The notes under the pieces are model-generated. The model was given only the letters and a program-made list of their open reading frames with translations, was not told where the DNA came from and ran no database searches. Below are positions 22,350 through 33,790 of a DNA stretch of 64,000 bases, piece by piece. The stretch spans positions 1,148,536 to 1,212,535 of the forward strand of contig MU053594.1 in NCBI GenBank assembly GCA_013239625.1. The letters run 5' to 3'. Source of the stretch: Lama guanicoe (lineage: Eukaryota). Positions within the stretch are counted from its first letter, which is position 1. Each line of letters opens with the position of its first letter. The translations under genes and the position numbers were made by a program.

Positions 22350-23189
22350 TCCTCCAGGCTCAAGTTTCCTCCAGACCCTTGGGGCAATCGTCTGATTCCC
22401 AGATTCCAGAGGCAGGTGCCCACTGGCATGTCTCCATGTGACTCTGAGCTCCAGGATGGGTGGGTAGGAGAGACCATTCCAACCCTTGGCGCTGCCCTGG
22501 AGATCAGGCAGGGGCACCCTGGGGAAGGGAGAGTGGCAGCAGCTGAGAGGGACACCCAGTCTAAAGGGAAAGTTCTGGGTAAGATCACAGGCAGGACACA
22601 GGGTTATAAGCCGGTGATGCCACTTTTGCTGAAAAAAGTGGGAACTGTTCCAGTGGGAAACCTGATGGAATGTACTGGCCTCGCAGGGGCTGAAGGAGGA
22701 GCCAGGGTTGGGAGGAGGGTCTCTGGTGGCCACTGCCCCCGCCATGGGCTGGCTGGCCTGGCCCAGTGAAGATGGCCTGGTTTCCTTTTTGGAGGTGTTG
22801 CAGATCCAGTTTTGGAAATTAGTAACCTTTCTAACCCTTGGGGTGCACCTGCATTTTCAGTTCTGCTCTGCACCCCGATAGTTTTGCCTGTCTTTGTGGG
22901 TCTCAGATGAAGAATGTCCATCTATTTCCTCATGCACAGCTGGACAGCAGAATCCGCCTTGGGAGAAGGAGAAGTGGGCCAGCTCCCAAGGGCATGCATG
23001 GGAGGCAGAATCTAACTGTGCTTTTATGACTGGCTGCCTCAGTGTGGGACCCAGGACCATTTACTCATAGAGATGATACCGTTCATCTGCCCTCTGCCTA
23101 ATGGATTGTGCATCAGGGTCCCCCTCCCCCTCCCCCTCCCCAACTGCTTCATGCTGCACGTGGTGATGAGTTTATCCTGGGAATCAATA

Positions 23190-23420
23190 CATCAAGGTGG
23201 TTTAGAGCATGCCATCTGCCATCAGACATAGCTGCTTGGAATCCTGCTCTACTGCTCATTAGCTGTGAGGTGTTGGGCAAATTAAACTTCCTGGCACGAA
23301 GTTTCTTCATCAGTGAAATGGGGACAATAGTACCCACCTCCCAAGGTTGGTATTAGGATGAAATGAGGGCCAGTGATTAGCTCTCAGGAAGCACCCCGAA
23401 AGAAGGCTGCCATTATTAAT
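23190..23420 (+). mobile_element. MIR SINE
   Basis: GAATCCTGCTCTACTGCTCATTAGCTGTGAGGTGTTGGGCAAATT...CATCAGTGAAATGGGGACAATAGTACCCACCTC. Confidence 0.85.
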
Positions 23421-24229
23421 ATTCCATGTGTCTCTGGAAGTGGCAGCTTGGTAAGCCTGTGGACCCGGAAGCCAAGGCATGTCCCTGAGCAGGTGCAGTG
23501 CATTGAGAGGTCTGGGATGTGGGTACCGGAGCCTGGATCCCCAGGAGGGGCTCATCCTGACCACCTGACTGGATGAGCCAGATAGAGACACAGAAGTTGA
23601 AGCTCCTTTGCTGTCCCAGAAACTAACTCCCTTGGCGTGGCCCCAACCCACCCAGCTGTGAAATTGGAATCATTACCTGCTTCCTCACAGCTCCCGTGAC
23701 TGGCTCTCTTGTTGTTCTCGAGGCAGGTGCTTATGGGGGCAGAGGGTGCGGAGCAGGCAGAGGAACTGCCCCTCAGCCCTCTGTCCTGCCTGGGGCTCCT
23801 GGGAATTTCCTGCTGTCTCCTGCACTGAGCTCTCGGCTGCAGCGCCCTCCTTCTTCCCTGTGGTTTCCTTCTCTAGGCAAGGACTTCCACGCCCTCCTCC
23901 ACCCTCCTGCGACGGCCCCCTCCCCTGCACACGCTGCTCGCTGATCACTCATCCACTCAATCTGCTGGTAGGAGTCACGTGCCTTGTATGAGGCAGGTGC
24001 CAAGCTAGGTGCTGGGACACAGAATAAACAAGATGTGGCTCCTTGAATTAATCTGTGGTCTGACCAAGCCTGGGAGGGATTCAGGGTGTGGCTGGGTCAG
24101 TGGGCAGCCCCCTCCCCTGGCGGCAGCAGCACTTGGAGAAGGGGGAAGGGAGACCCTCTCAGTTTCGATGGACCCCAGCATGGGGGGACTGTAGGTGGCT
24201 CCCTCCTGTGCAGCTCTGGGAGAATGGAG

Positions 24230-24960
24230 TCCTTGCAGGAGCATTTATCCAATGGCTCACAGAGAAACTTTGGAGAAATCTTAGATTCCTCCCTTTGTCC
24301 CATCCGCCACATCTAATTCATTAGCAAGCGGTATTGTCTCCACCTCCAAAATTTCTCCTGGACCCTAGCATCTCCTCTTCATGTCAAAACCACCACCATC
24401 CTCCCCTTGAACTCTAGGACCTCCTAGCTCATCTCATTCTTTCCACTCTTGCCTGCTTCAATCCTCAGTCCATTCTCCAACTAGCATTCAGAGCGAGCTT
24501 TCTAAAATGCATTGTCGAATAGTGTCACTTCCAATGGTTCCCCATTCCATCTAGACTTAAGACCTAACATCCTGGTGCAGCCTTCACCCCATCTGTCTCT
24601 CTGTGCTGTTCCTGCCTCTGTCCCCCTGCAGCCCTCCACATTCTCACTGCCTAGAATCTCCTCCTCCCAGCTTGCCATGGGGCTGACTCCTTTATAGCAA
24701 TAGGGGTTCAACTCAAATGTCCCCCACTCACAGAGGCGCTCCTTGAATCAAATTTAAATAGCCCCCCACACCAACTCAGCCACGCTCTAATTCATCCTCC
24801 TCTTATCTCTGAGTCATCTATTATTATCTGTGATTATTGTATTTGATTATAGGTTATCTGTGCCCCCCACCCCACACCGTGATATACACTATCTCTCTGG
24901 CATCAAACAATTCATTGTCAATATATATTTGGTGAGTGAACACATACACGAAGGAATGAA
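24230..24960 (+). mobile_element. L2 LINE 3' region
   Basis: AAATCTTAGATTCCTCCCTTT...CAGTCCATTCTCCA...CTTTCTAAAATGCA...CAACTCAAATGTCCCC. Confidence 0.75.
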
Positions 24961-25029
24961 CCCTGTGGACACTTTTTGGAAGCTGTGTGGGTGGGAAGAT
25001 GTTAATATAAAAAAAGGCTCAGTGCAAGA

Positions 25030-25240
25030 GGGACCTTTGTCTAACACAAGTTTTCACCTCTTGTGCGTCGTCCGTATGCTGTTTCTCCACATGGAGCGTC
25101 GCACTGAATCTTCAACAGTCCTAAGATATATGCATTGTTATCATTTCCAGGTCATGAATGAGAAACGGGAGATGGATGGAAGTTTAAGAATGGGCTGGAG
25201 CTCACACAGCTAGTGATGGTAGAGATGGGACCCAGTCCTC
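25030..25240 (-). mobile_element. MIR SINE
   Basis: CACTGAATCTTCAACAGTCCTAAG...ATGAGAAAC...CTCACACAGCTAGTGATGGTAGAGATGGGA. Confidence 0.65.
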
Positions 25241-26759
25241 TCCATCATCTTGGCTCTCAAGGAAATTTCTCTGGTCCCACTCATACCTCCTTTGAGGATG
25301 GGGGATTCAGGGTTGCCACAATGCCAGCCTTGGGGGATGCTAACTTCTGACCCAGGAGCAAAGATGATGTTGAGTTTTGCCTTCTGCGTGTCTTGGGGGA
25401 GGTCCTATGGTCAGGGAAGCTCTGCAGAGGCCACTTTGCTTTTTCTGAGCGTGTACAGTGGAGAACTGCTAAGCTGCTCTTATTCCCTTCCCTACAGATG
25501 TGAGGCAGCCACACAGATTTGAGGACAGGAGGAGAGTCAAGTGACAGTGATACCTCAAGTCGAGGAATGGATGCAATGACTTCTTCGGGGCCATTTTGGT
25601 CAGTTAAGTGTCGATCCTGTGGAACGTAAGCACATATAAATCTGCACTGAGACTAGGAACTTCGCCTGCCTGGCTGCAGAGGGATGACTAAGAGCTTGAC
25701 CCCCTGTCCTTGGGCCATCTCAGTTCTGGCTGCTGCTTGGGGTTCGGCAGGTGCCCGTGACCTTGGGAGGGGTCCCTGGGGTTGAGTAGTGGAAGCCTCC
25801 GTCAGAGCCATGAGAGATCTGTTCTCAGCTGCTCCCTGTTGGGCTGTGATTGACTCCCTGGGAGCCTGTATCCCTTTTCTTACTTATTGAGTGTGGGTGA
25901 TGGATTTTTGACAAGATTGATTTTGACCTGAATACTGCTGAGCTAAATGAATCAACATTGTCAATTTCTCTGTCGGGCACTGAGGAACCATTACGTGGAT
26001 GAGGACATCTTTCTTTCACCTGAAGTATTTTAGCTCCCCTGCTGCCCAGCGAGGGTCTCCCTGTGCCAGCTCCCCCTGGGCTCCCCGCCGTGGTCCCTTC
26101 CTGGAGCTACGGAGGGACCATCTCTCCTTCCCTCTTTGTTCTGTGAGATGGGTTCTGCGGTCGGGCTAACCGTCTGTGCCCCTCTGGACCCCATTCTCTC
26201 ATGGTGCTCCCACCAGAAATATGAGCCCAAGTTGAGCTTGGCTGAGTGATGAAGAGAGATTTTTGTCTCATCCCTTCGACTCAGAGCTGTGATTCCTGAA
26301 TCAGCACATCACTTACTTTCCCCCAAACCTAATAAGTATCCAGTCTTTAAGGTGCTGCTGATGCATAGCTCCGAGCTCCTAGGGGTGGGATTTCCACATT
26401 CATCTTCTTGCTCTCAGTCTAAGCAGATATTCATATCAATGGTCCTAAGACACCTCCGTGCTCCTGCCTCCCTGTGCCATCAGTGCCCAGGTTCCCACGG
26501 CTGCATCTGCCGCCGCCGGGCTGCCTGCAGTCTCGGGGTTGCCGAGTCCTGACTGAGGAGGGAGGGGCGAGGTGGGCGCAGGGAGGGCTGGCAGGGGAGG
26601 GAGGGTGAGGGGTTGGGGTCTAACATTGTTCTTGGCTTCCTCTGCGCTGGAGGAATGGTCGCCCTGAGAAGTGGGCACTGTTCCCATTACCTTATTCATG
26701 ATCCTTGTGATACGGTGTAAAATAACTTAGGTTCTCGTGATCATTCACACAAGACGACC

Positions 26760-26940
26760 ACCATTCACTGCTGAGCGCTAGGTGAGCCTCTGGTTCTTAC
26801 AACAACCCCGCAAAGCGCCACGAGAGACGGCTTGCGGGTGAGGCCGTGGGGGTTCACGGAGCCTCACGGCCTGGCGGAGAGAACTCAGCCATCCAGGGGT
26901 CTGGGAGCACTGTGCTCTGTCTACAACGTCCCATGCTCTG
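26760..26940 (-). mobile_element. MIR SINE, unusually GC/CpG-rich
   Basis: TCTTACAACAACCC...TTGCGGGTGAGG...CTCACGGCCTGGCGG...GTGCTCTGTCTACAACGTCCCATGCT follows the reverse MIR layout. Confidence 0.55.
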
Positions 26941-28128
26941 CCCCCGGTGGAGGTTAGAGCTGAACCACGCATGTGGGTCAGACAAGCTCGGGCAGGACCA
27001 CAGCTGGACTCTGCTGTCGGGTGGATGCCATCGGCTTCCTAGGAGGAGCCCCAGGCACCCGGGGGGCTCCCTGATCCCTGCCGTTGCTCTGGCCTATCAC
27101 CGCCGAGCTCTCCTCCAGGACCTGCCTTCCTGCCACATCTTGGGGTAAGGGCTGGCCCCCCCCCCAATCCCCGTGTGTCTTGGTAGGCTTGGTTCCAGCT
27201 CTCAGAACCCCTCTTGGCTCCCACGTCCCTTAGCCCATTCTCAACTTGCTTTCTGAGGCCATTATTCTTGAACAATGATTTCAACAGTGCCTCTTGCTTC
27301 CAAGGAAGCTGGCTAACTCATCCTCTGAGAGATCTCGGTGGGGAGTGGGGTGATCCAGCCCTCACTGAGGGCAAGAGAAATGCAGCTGCTGGTTACTGGG
27401 GGTCCACGCCTGGTTAACCTAAGTGGCCAGAACCTGAGAGTCCTGCGCCCAAGTCTGATGCCTTCCTGGTGACACCACGTTTCCACTCCCAGCCACTCTC
27501 TCCACACAAACACCCACTGACATCTCTATGACTTTCTTAATCTTTGCTCACATTGTCTGGGATTGGGGGACACTTGCTGGATTGATCTGGGGAGGTGGGG
27601 TTTCCTGACTGCTGCCACTACAGGCTTGGCCTGAGGACTATTACCGGGTAGAATATTCTAGAAAGACAGGGTACCTACTCAACTGCAGGCCGACAAGAAA
27701 TGAATACTCGTGTTTTTCTCCCTCAGAGCCCCCCCCCCCCGCCCCGGGCTCCTCGAGAGAGTGACCCTTTAGGCTGGGCTCCCCTGCCCGGTGCCCCCTT
27801 GGACATCCCTGGGTGTGGCCGGGAGAGACGGGCTGGGAGGGCGTTTCCAGGGCCGCAGGGGAAGAAGGGGCAGGGGCAGAAATCTGTCCTCTGCTGAAGC
27901 CTATAAATCTGCAGGCTTTTCAAGAGCACAAAGCCTCAGGCAGGCCAGCCTGTGGGGGCTCGGGGGAGGCCAGGGCAGGAGCTCGGGGCACGGAGCCGGC
28001 AGGGAGAGAGACAGCCAGGCCAGCCGAGTGCGTCCTTCTGTGGAGTGGAGGGGTGGGAGGTGTCTGGGTCCTGCCAGACTCTGGGGGTTTCAGCTTTTTC
28101 TGAATCTCTCTCACATCTGATTTCCTAC

Positions 28129-28142
28129 CTGCCCCCTAGTGA
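28129..28142 (-). promoter_or_regulatory. Candidate CTCF site
   Basis: Minus strand TCACTAGGGGGCAG matches the CTCF core CCACTAGGGGGCAG at 13 of 14 positions. Confidence 0.5.
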
Positions 28143-30439
28143 ACTCAGCTTCTCCTGGAAGGCTAAGGTGACTGTAAGGGCAGGTCCCTCAGCATTTTAC
28201 CAAGCTGGGGAAAGCCAGGTGGCAATGTTCTGGAAAGTAAACAAATTCTCAGGAAAACAGCGCAGAGGTTCTAGGCCAGGAGGGGCCAGGTGAGTCAGAG
28301 CACGCTCTCTGCTTCCAGACTCGTTGGTTTCAGGCCCTGGGGCTTGAGGGCTCTGCCTTGGGTGGGTTCCCTGCCCATTTTGTGAAATGTTAGAAGCCCT
28401 GACCCCCTGGGCTCCCTCCCAGCCCCACCCGCGCTCAGAGTGATGTGATTTGTGCAGAGAGGAGTACAAATGCCCCCGAGAGCAGAGTGGATGGTTCTGG
28501 ACTTCTTCCACTGGGGTCATCTTACTGACTGGTTATTCATCTGGGTCCAGTGAAAGAGGGGCGGGGGGATGGGGAACGTCTGGCTGCCCATTAACTCCTT
28601 CACTGCTGGCCTGTCCCCTGCCCACATAATGCAGGATCCTGCAGGCCTGTTCTGAGGCAGCCGATCCCCAGGGCGGGGTACAGCCACCCTGCAGTGGGTC
28701 TGACGTTTCTGGTGAGATGGTGTCTGGCCTCTCTAGTTGGCCTCTGGGGTGTGGGTGGGTCTCTGCACTGCCCCCCGTCTACAAATCTAGTCTAAAATGT
28801 CCGAGGAACTCCTGGACTGGCCTCAGCTTCTTTAGGCTCTTGCATTCATCTGACACAGAATAAGGCAGGTTATAAGAAAGACAAATTATTTGCAGAGAAA
28901 AATGTCCCAAAGCCGGGAGAAGAAGCAGACAGAGATAAATGAGGGGAGCTGCATTTAAGATTCTTAATTACTTTCTTTCCTTTCCAGGAGTGAGCCAGTC
29001 CGCTTTCCTCCAGAGCATCTTCCTCTTAAGATGCAGGTAGATGAAAATGAGACTGCAAGGGGGACTTCCAGGCAAGTAAGGATGTAAGAAAGATACAGAA
29101 GAAGGTACCAAGCTCGACATGGCTGAGGGAAGACAAGGAGCCCCCTGGACTTTGCCTGGGGTCGGGGAGCTGGCTCTCGGATGTGGAGGAAAGGAATGGG
29201 GAACGGTCCCCGGACCTCTAACCTTGACCCCGCTGCCCTCCTCCTCAGCCGGTCCCCTAGCAACTTTCACAGATGACGACTCACACTGAAATAACTTGTT
29301 CCGAGGGTAGCTGGTGATCAATGACTCAAATTAAACCTCAGAAAAGGTTTCTTTCCTCCCTGACACTTAATGGGTTTCTCTTATGTCCTCCCCAGATGGC
29401 TGTGTAAGCCAGATGATGGCTATGTTAACCCTCTCGAAATTCACAAATGATTTAAGGGGTAAGTGACCACTAGGATGGACCACAGGTGGGGGGTTCTGCC
29501 TCCCAACACCCCAACCCCAGCCATCATTCTTTCCAGGCAGCCATCCAGTGCCTCTTTACCCAGCACCCCTTTTCTCTTTTTACTGCTCCAGTCTTCCTGG
29601 GTTAATAAGAACTATTCCTGCACCCCAGCCTTCCTGCCCAGCTCAGATGGTTTCAACTTCGAAATCAGGTTATCTCCCCAGTCTGCATTCTCGGTAACTG
29701 AATTATCTTTGCATGAGTGCACAGAGGTCTGGGTGGGGGAGAAGGGCTGTCTGGGCTGGGGCCTGTCTTCCTGGCTGCTCCCCAACCTAGGTCTTAGCAG
29801 CTTCCTGAATGATATCTTGGTCCCGTCCTATTTCTCCCCAGTACAGTCTTTCAGTCCCGGGGGAAGAGAGGGCAAACAGGTCTTCAAGGATGCCGCCTAC
29901 AGCCTGGCTGGGCAGAGAGCCAGTGAATCAGAGAGGTCAGCCCTGTTCTTGGCAAGAAATAAAGGGCCAGCATGGAAATGCCACCCAGGCTGGGATCAAG
30001 CTCTGTGGAGTGGCAGCCCTGAGTGGGTGAGGTGAAGGGGAGCCAAGGGCGACCCAGGCTTCCTCCCTGCAGTCCCCGTCCCCTGGACCCGCTGCAGTCA
30101 GCGACCCAACATTCCAGGCTGGGCCAGGGAAGCCTGCTCTTTGTCATGACTGTCAGCCTTCTAAGAACCTCTGAATCACCTTGAGAGGGGGCAGCGCTGA
30201 AAAGCCTGTTTCTCTGCCCAAGAGTTGGGAGCCGTGGTTTCAGGTGAAACCCAGGGATGGGTCTTTCAAAAAGCCGTCCAGAGAGAGGGAGCCTTCGAGA
30301 AGCGCGGATTTAGGGAATCAGACAAGAGGGCTAACAAGGTCACTGAAGCTCTTTTACGGACCAGAGTGGGGTCAGTACACACTTCCCCAACCCGGAGGGC
30401 AGAGTTTCTGCAACTATGGTCCTTGGACCTTTCCATGAC

Positions 30440-30548
30440 CTGCCACTAGGATGTTTGCTGGAATGCAGATTATTGGTTCCCAATATGGATGTACTGAGTC
30501 AGATTCCCTATGGGTGGGGCCTGGAATATGCATTTATAATAAATGCAA
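30440..30548. mobile_element. MER5-type hAT MITE fragment
   Basis: GGAATGCAGATT...TACTGAGTCAGATTCCCTATGGGTGGGGCCTGGAATATGCATTT. Confidence 0.7.
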
Positions 30549-30552
30549 TATT

Positions 30553-30589
30553 AATAATCTAATAATAATAATAATAATAATAATAATAT
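30553..30589 (+). repeat. (AAT)n microsatellite at a MIR tail
   Basis: TAATAATCTAATAATAATAATAATAATAATAATAATA. Confidence 0.9.
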
Positions 30590-30820
30590 AGCACTTACTC
30601 TATACCAGATTCTTTAAGATGAAAAAATATGAACTCATTTAATCCACACAACAATTTGTGAGGTAGATTGTATCATTATTCCATTTAGCAGGTGATGAAA
30701 CCGAGGCTCACACAGGTTTTTCAACCTGCCAAGGATGTATAATTCCTTAGTGTTTGAAGCAGGATTCAGACCTGGGTCGGCAGCTTCGGGAGCTGGGTTC
30801 TAATCATCACACCACACAGC
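30590..30820 (-). mobile_element. MIR SINE
   Basis: AACTCATTTAATCCACACAACAA...GATGAAACCGAGGCTCA...CAGGATTCAGACCTGGG. Confidence 0.85.
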
Positions 30821-31179
30821 CCTGCTACTTCACATGGAGGCCAAAACTCAAAACCCCTTCCACCAGTTGCACCCACCAGCCCCTGCCCAGCTCTGAGGCA
30901 GAGGGAGGGACTTGAACAGGAGCTGGTGCCTTGGACACTGAGGGTACAGACCAGGAGGAGACTTGAGGGTCTAGGAAGATAGCTGTCTTGGGAGGCAGGA
31001 GGCCAGGGTGTTAACATGCCAGGCGAGTGTAGGCAAGGCTGTTTTCCTCTTGGGGCCTTGGTTCCAGCCATCTGTCAAGAGGACACTAAGCTACATGACT
31101 TCTGGATTTCCTCCTGGATCTGACATTTGAAAATATGTGCATTTCCGTTCTCTGAGCAGCTGGGGCAGTTTCCTAAAAG

Positions 31180-31202
31180 GGTGTGTGTGTGTGTGTGTGT
31201 GT
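31180..31202 (+). repeat. (GT)n microsatellite
   Basis: About 11 GT units. Confidence 0.95.
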
Positions 31203-31647
31203 TTAAGGGCAAGTTATGTGTAGCGGAAATGATCCCAGGACTGGCTGGGCATTTGTGCTCAGCTGCCACACGTGTGGGAACAGCCCAGGCCAAGCCAATG
31301 CGGATGGGGTGGGGCTTATCAGGGCAGTTTGCTTACAGACTCTGTATGTGTGTCAGGAGTGGGTGGGCAGCTCCTAGGGGGTGATGAGAGGCCACTGGTT
31401 CTGCGGTCGCGTCTGCAGCAAGAGGTCATTCTCTAGTCCCAGCTCCGGCCTTAAAGCGCAGGCCACCCGCCCTCCCGAGCTCCGTGGGGGTAGTGAGGGG
31501 ACTCGGGTTCTCGCTCTCTCCTGGTACTGGCGTGGTGCCAGGACAGGTTCAGCTGGTGGTGGGGCAAGAACCTCAGTGCATTTAGGGGCTGAGCGTTGGC
31601 CAAGCAACCACTTCACGGTGTTGAAGGATTCCTCTGAGCCAGCATTT

Positions 31648-32000
31648 TGTCTTAGTTGAGGCTGCTAGAACAGAGTTCCAAAGGCCGGGTGGCTTGCAAA
31701 CCACAGAGATGTGTCCCTCACCGTCCGCGAGGCTGGATGGCTATGACCAGGGTGCCAGCGTGGCCGGCTTCTGGCGAGAGTTCTCTGCTTTCTGGATTGC
31801 CCACTGCCACCTTGTGTCCTCACGTGGCAGAAAGAGGGCGAGGGAGCTCTCCAGGGCCCCTTTTACGAGGGCACAAAGCCCTCTGTGAGGACTCCACCCT
31901 GGTGACCTAACTGCCTCCCAGAAACCCCACTTCCTGCTGTCACATTGGAGGTTAAGCTTCAACATATAAATTCTGGGAGGACACAAATTCAGCCATTGCA
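31648..32000 (-). mobile_element. Solo MLT1A-type LTR
   Basis: TGTCTTAGTTGAGGCTGCTAGAACAGA...GGGTGGCTT...TGTGTCCTCACGTGGCAGAA...TTCAACATATAAATTCTGGGAGGACACAAATTCAG...TGCA. Confidence 0.9.
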
Positions 32001-32131
32001 CGTCTCTGGGGGTGAGGAGAACCCACCGGCCCTGTGGTCATCGGTGGACCAGCATTCACTCAGGAACAAGGGGGTGGGCTGGGAGCCGGGGAGGACTTCC
32101 GAGGCCGAGGAGAGTGTGGAGGGGAGCTGAT

Positions 32132-32299
32132 GGGGGGGGGGCGGGGGTCTCTGAGGGAACCTGCCCAGGCTCCTGCTGGCGGAGCGCTCATGAGCCTGCT
32201 GGGCTCCAGAAAGGGGAGGGGGGGGGGGGGGGGGGTCTCTGAGGGAACCTGCCCAGGCTCCTGCTGGCGGAGCGCTCATGAGCCTGCTGGGCTCCAGAA
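32132..32299. repeat. Two-copy tandem repeat, period 88 bp, each copy led by a poly-G run
   Basis: 69-bp identical core GGGGGTCTCTGAGGGAACC...GGGCTCCAGAA at 32143-32211 and 32231-32299. Confidence 0.95.
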
Positions 32300-33346
32300 C
32301 ATTCGGTCCCCAAGGCAGCCTCTGTCTATATCACTTCCTGCGGGACCAGGTCTCAGAGCTGCGATACTTCCTCTGATTCCGAACCTGTTCCTTCAGAGGA
32401 AGGGGAGGGGTGCCTGAGGGAGCAGCCTTCTCCGCTGGAGACGGGACATGGGTCTGTGGCTCAGGCTCCTGGTGCTCGGACTGTTTAGTGATTCCTCGTC
32501 CAGGAAGCTCCTCCCAAACCCCCTGGTCCGGCCTGAGCGGTCCTTCCCTGACACTCAGCTCTCGCCCCTGCAGCGTCCCAGGCAGTGTGACTGCTGCAAG
32601 TTAGCCCTCAGCTGAGCTCGCAGAGCAGAGGGCCCCCCGACTCACCCCTTATTCACCGTCATGTTCCCAGCCCTTGGCACACATGGCGTGGCTCAGCCTC
32701 AGAGCTCTGGTAAACGTTGTGGAATGGGTGGTGGGCAGGTCACCAGGAGTTCTCTGCTTGGACAGGCCTCCAAGAAAGCCCTTTCTTGGCCATTCACCCC
32801 TCCTCCCAGGCCCTGTGGGAAGGAGGTGCCCTGCACTAGGCTCAGAGAACCGCTCCTTCCAAAGGAAGAAGAGGATGGCTGGGCACGTGGTGGTCCTTGA
32901 GGCTGACAGCTGTCTGGTTGAGTCATGAAAATGGCACCCTTGCTGGGTGAGGCCTTTAGCTGCCTGGCGCTCCACCCAGGATTGGAACTCGAATCATGCA
33001 CGCCCTCTCTCCGTCCCTCCCAGGCCCCTGGATGGAGCCCCTCAGCTCTGCCCCAGCCCATCCAAGCAGAGCCGAAGCTGTTGTCTGGCAGCAGAGGGTT
33101 TCCTTGCCATGAGTCAGGTAGGGAAACAGCTTGCTTCCCAAGGAGAGAGTGGAACTTGTAGGCACACAAGGGGTAAATATTGAGGGTGATAGGCTGCTAA
33201 TTAGCTGCACAAAGGCCATTAGCATTAATGAGATCTGTCTCTGTGGCCGATTCCCTCTGCACTGAGCAGGCGGCACCAGGTCTCTGGTCCAGGCTCCCTG
33301 GCTCGGGGCTCTGCTGATGCTCTGAGTCTTTGAGATGCTTTCCTTT

Positions 33347-33377
33347 AAAAAAAAAAACAAAAAACAAAAAACAAAAA
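33347..33377 (+). repeat. A-rich (AAAAAAC)n simple repeat
   Basis: AAAAAAAAAAACAAAAAACAAAAAACAAAAA. Confidence 0.9.
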
Positions 33378-33544
33378 CCCAGCTAGAATCACAAAGAAAT
33401 CCCTTCTCTTCTGACGTTTCCTTGGAGCAAAAGCAGAAACTTCAGGGTAAAGATATACTAAGAAGACTGAATGTGTCTCCCATTCCCAGCCTCAATTAGA
33501 ACCTCTCCTCCTGATTTGGGAGTACACAGGCTGGAAGAGAGACA

Positions 33545-33790
33545 TGATCATCACCAAGGATTTTTTAGTCCTTGGTGTGTTCCGAGCAACAGCCATATGT
33601 TACCTGATTTAAGCCTTACAATAACCACATGGGGTAGATTCCATGATGACCCTCATTTGGCAAATGAGAGAGTAAGGTTCAGAGGGGTTAAGGAACTTGC
33701 CCAAGTTCCCACAGTTAAAAGACAGAAGAGGCAGAATGACTCAGCCATGCCTGAATCCAGAGCCCATGATCTTAACCACGACACTTAACT
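33545..33790 (-). mobile_element. MIR SINE
   Basis: CCTTACAATAACC...GGTTCAGAGGGGTTAAGGAACTTGCCCAAG...TCCAGAGCCCATGATCTTAACCAC. Confidence 0.85.

Noticed and set aside
22218..22921. Overlapping 105-183 aa ORFs on both strands
   Set aside because: Begin inside MER5A/MLT1 sequence, several frames are open at once, and no homology is recognised
27895..27915. TATA box (CTATAAAT) in a GC-rich stretch as a gene promoter
   Set aside because: A single short motif with no downstream recognisable exon or ORF; expected by chance
29463..30035. 190-aa ORF
   Set aside because: Non-ATG start, no domain and no supporting splice structure
32132..32299. CRISPR-like repeat-spacer structure
   Set aside because: Only two copies, the spacer is poly-G, there are no cas genes and the context is mammalian
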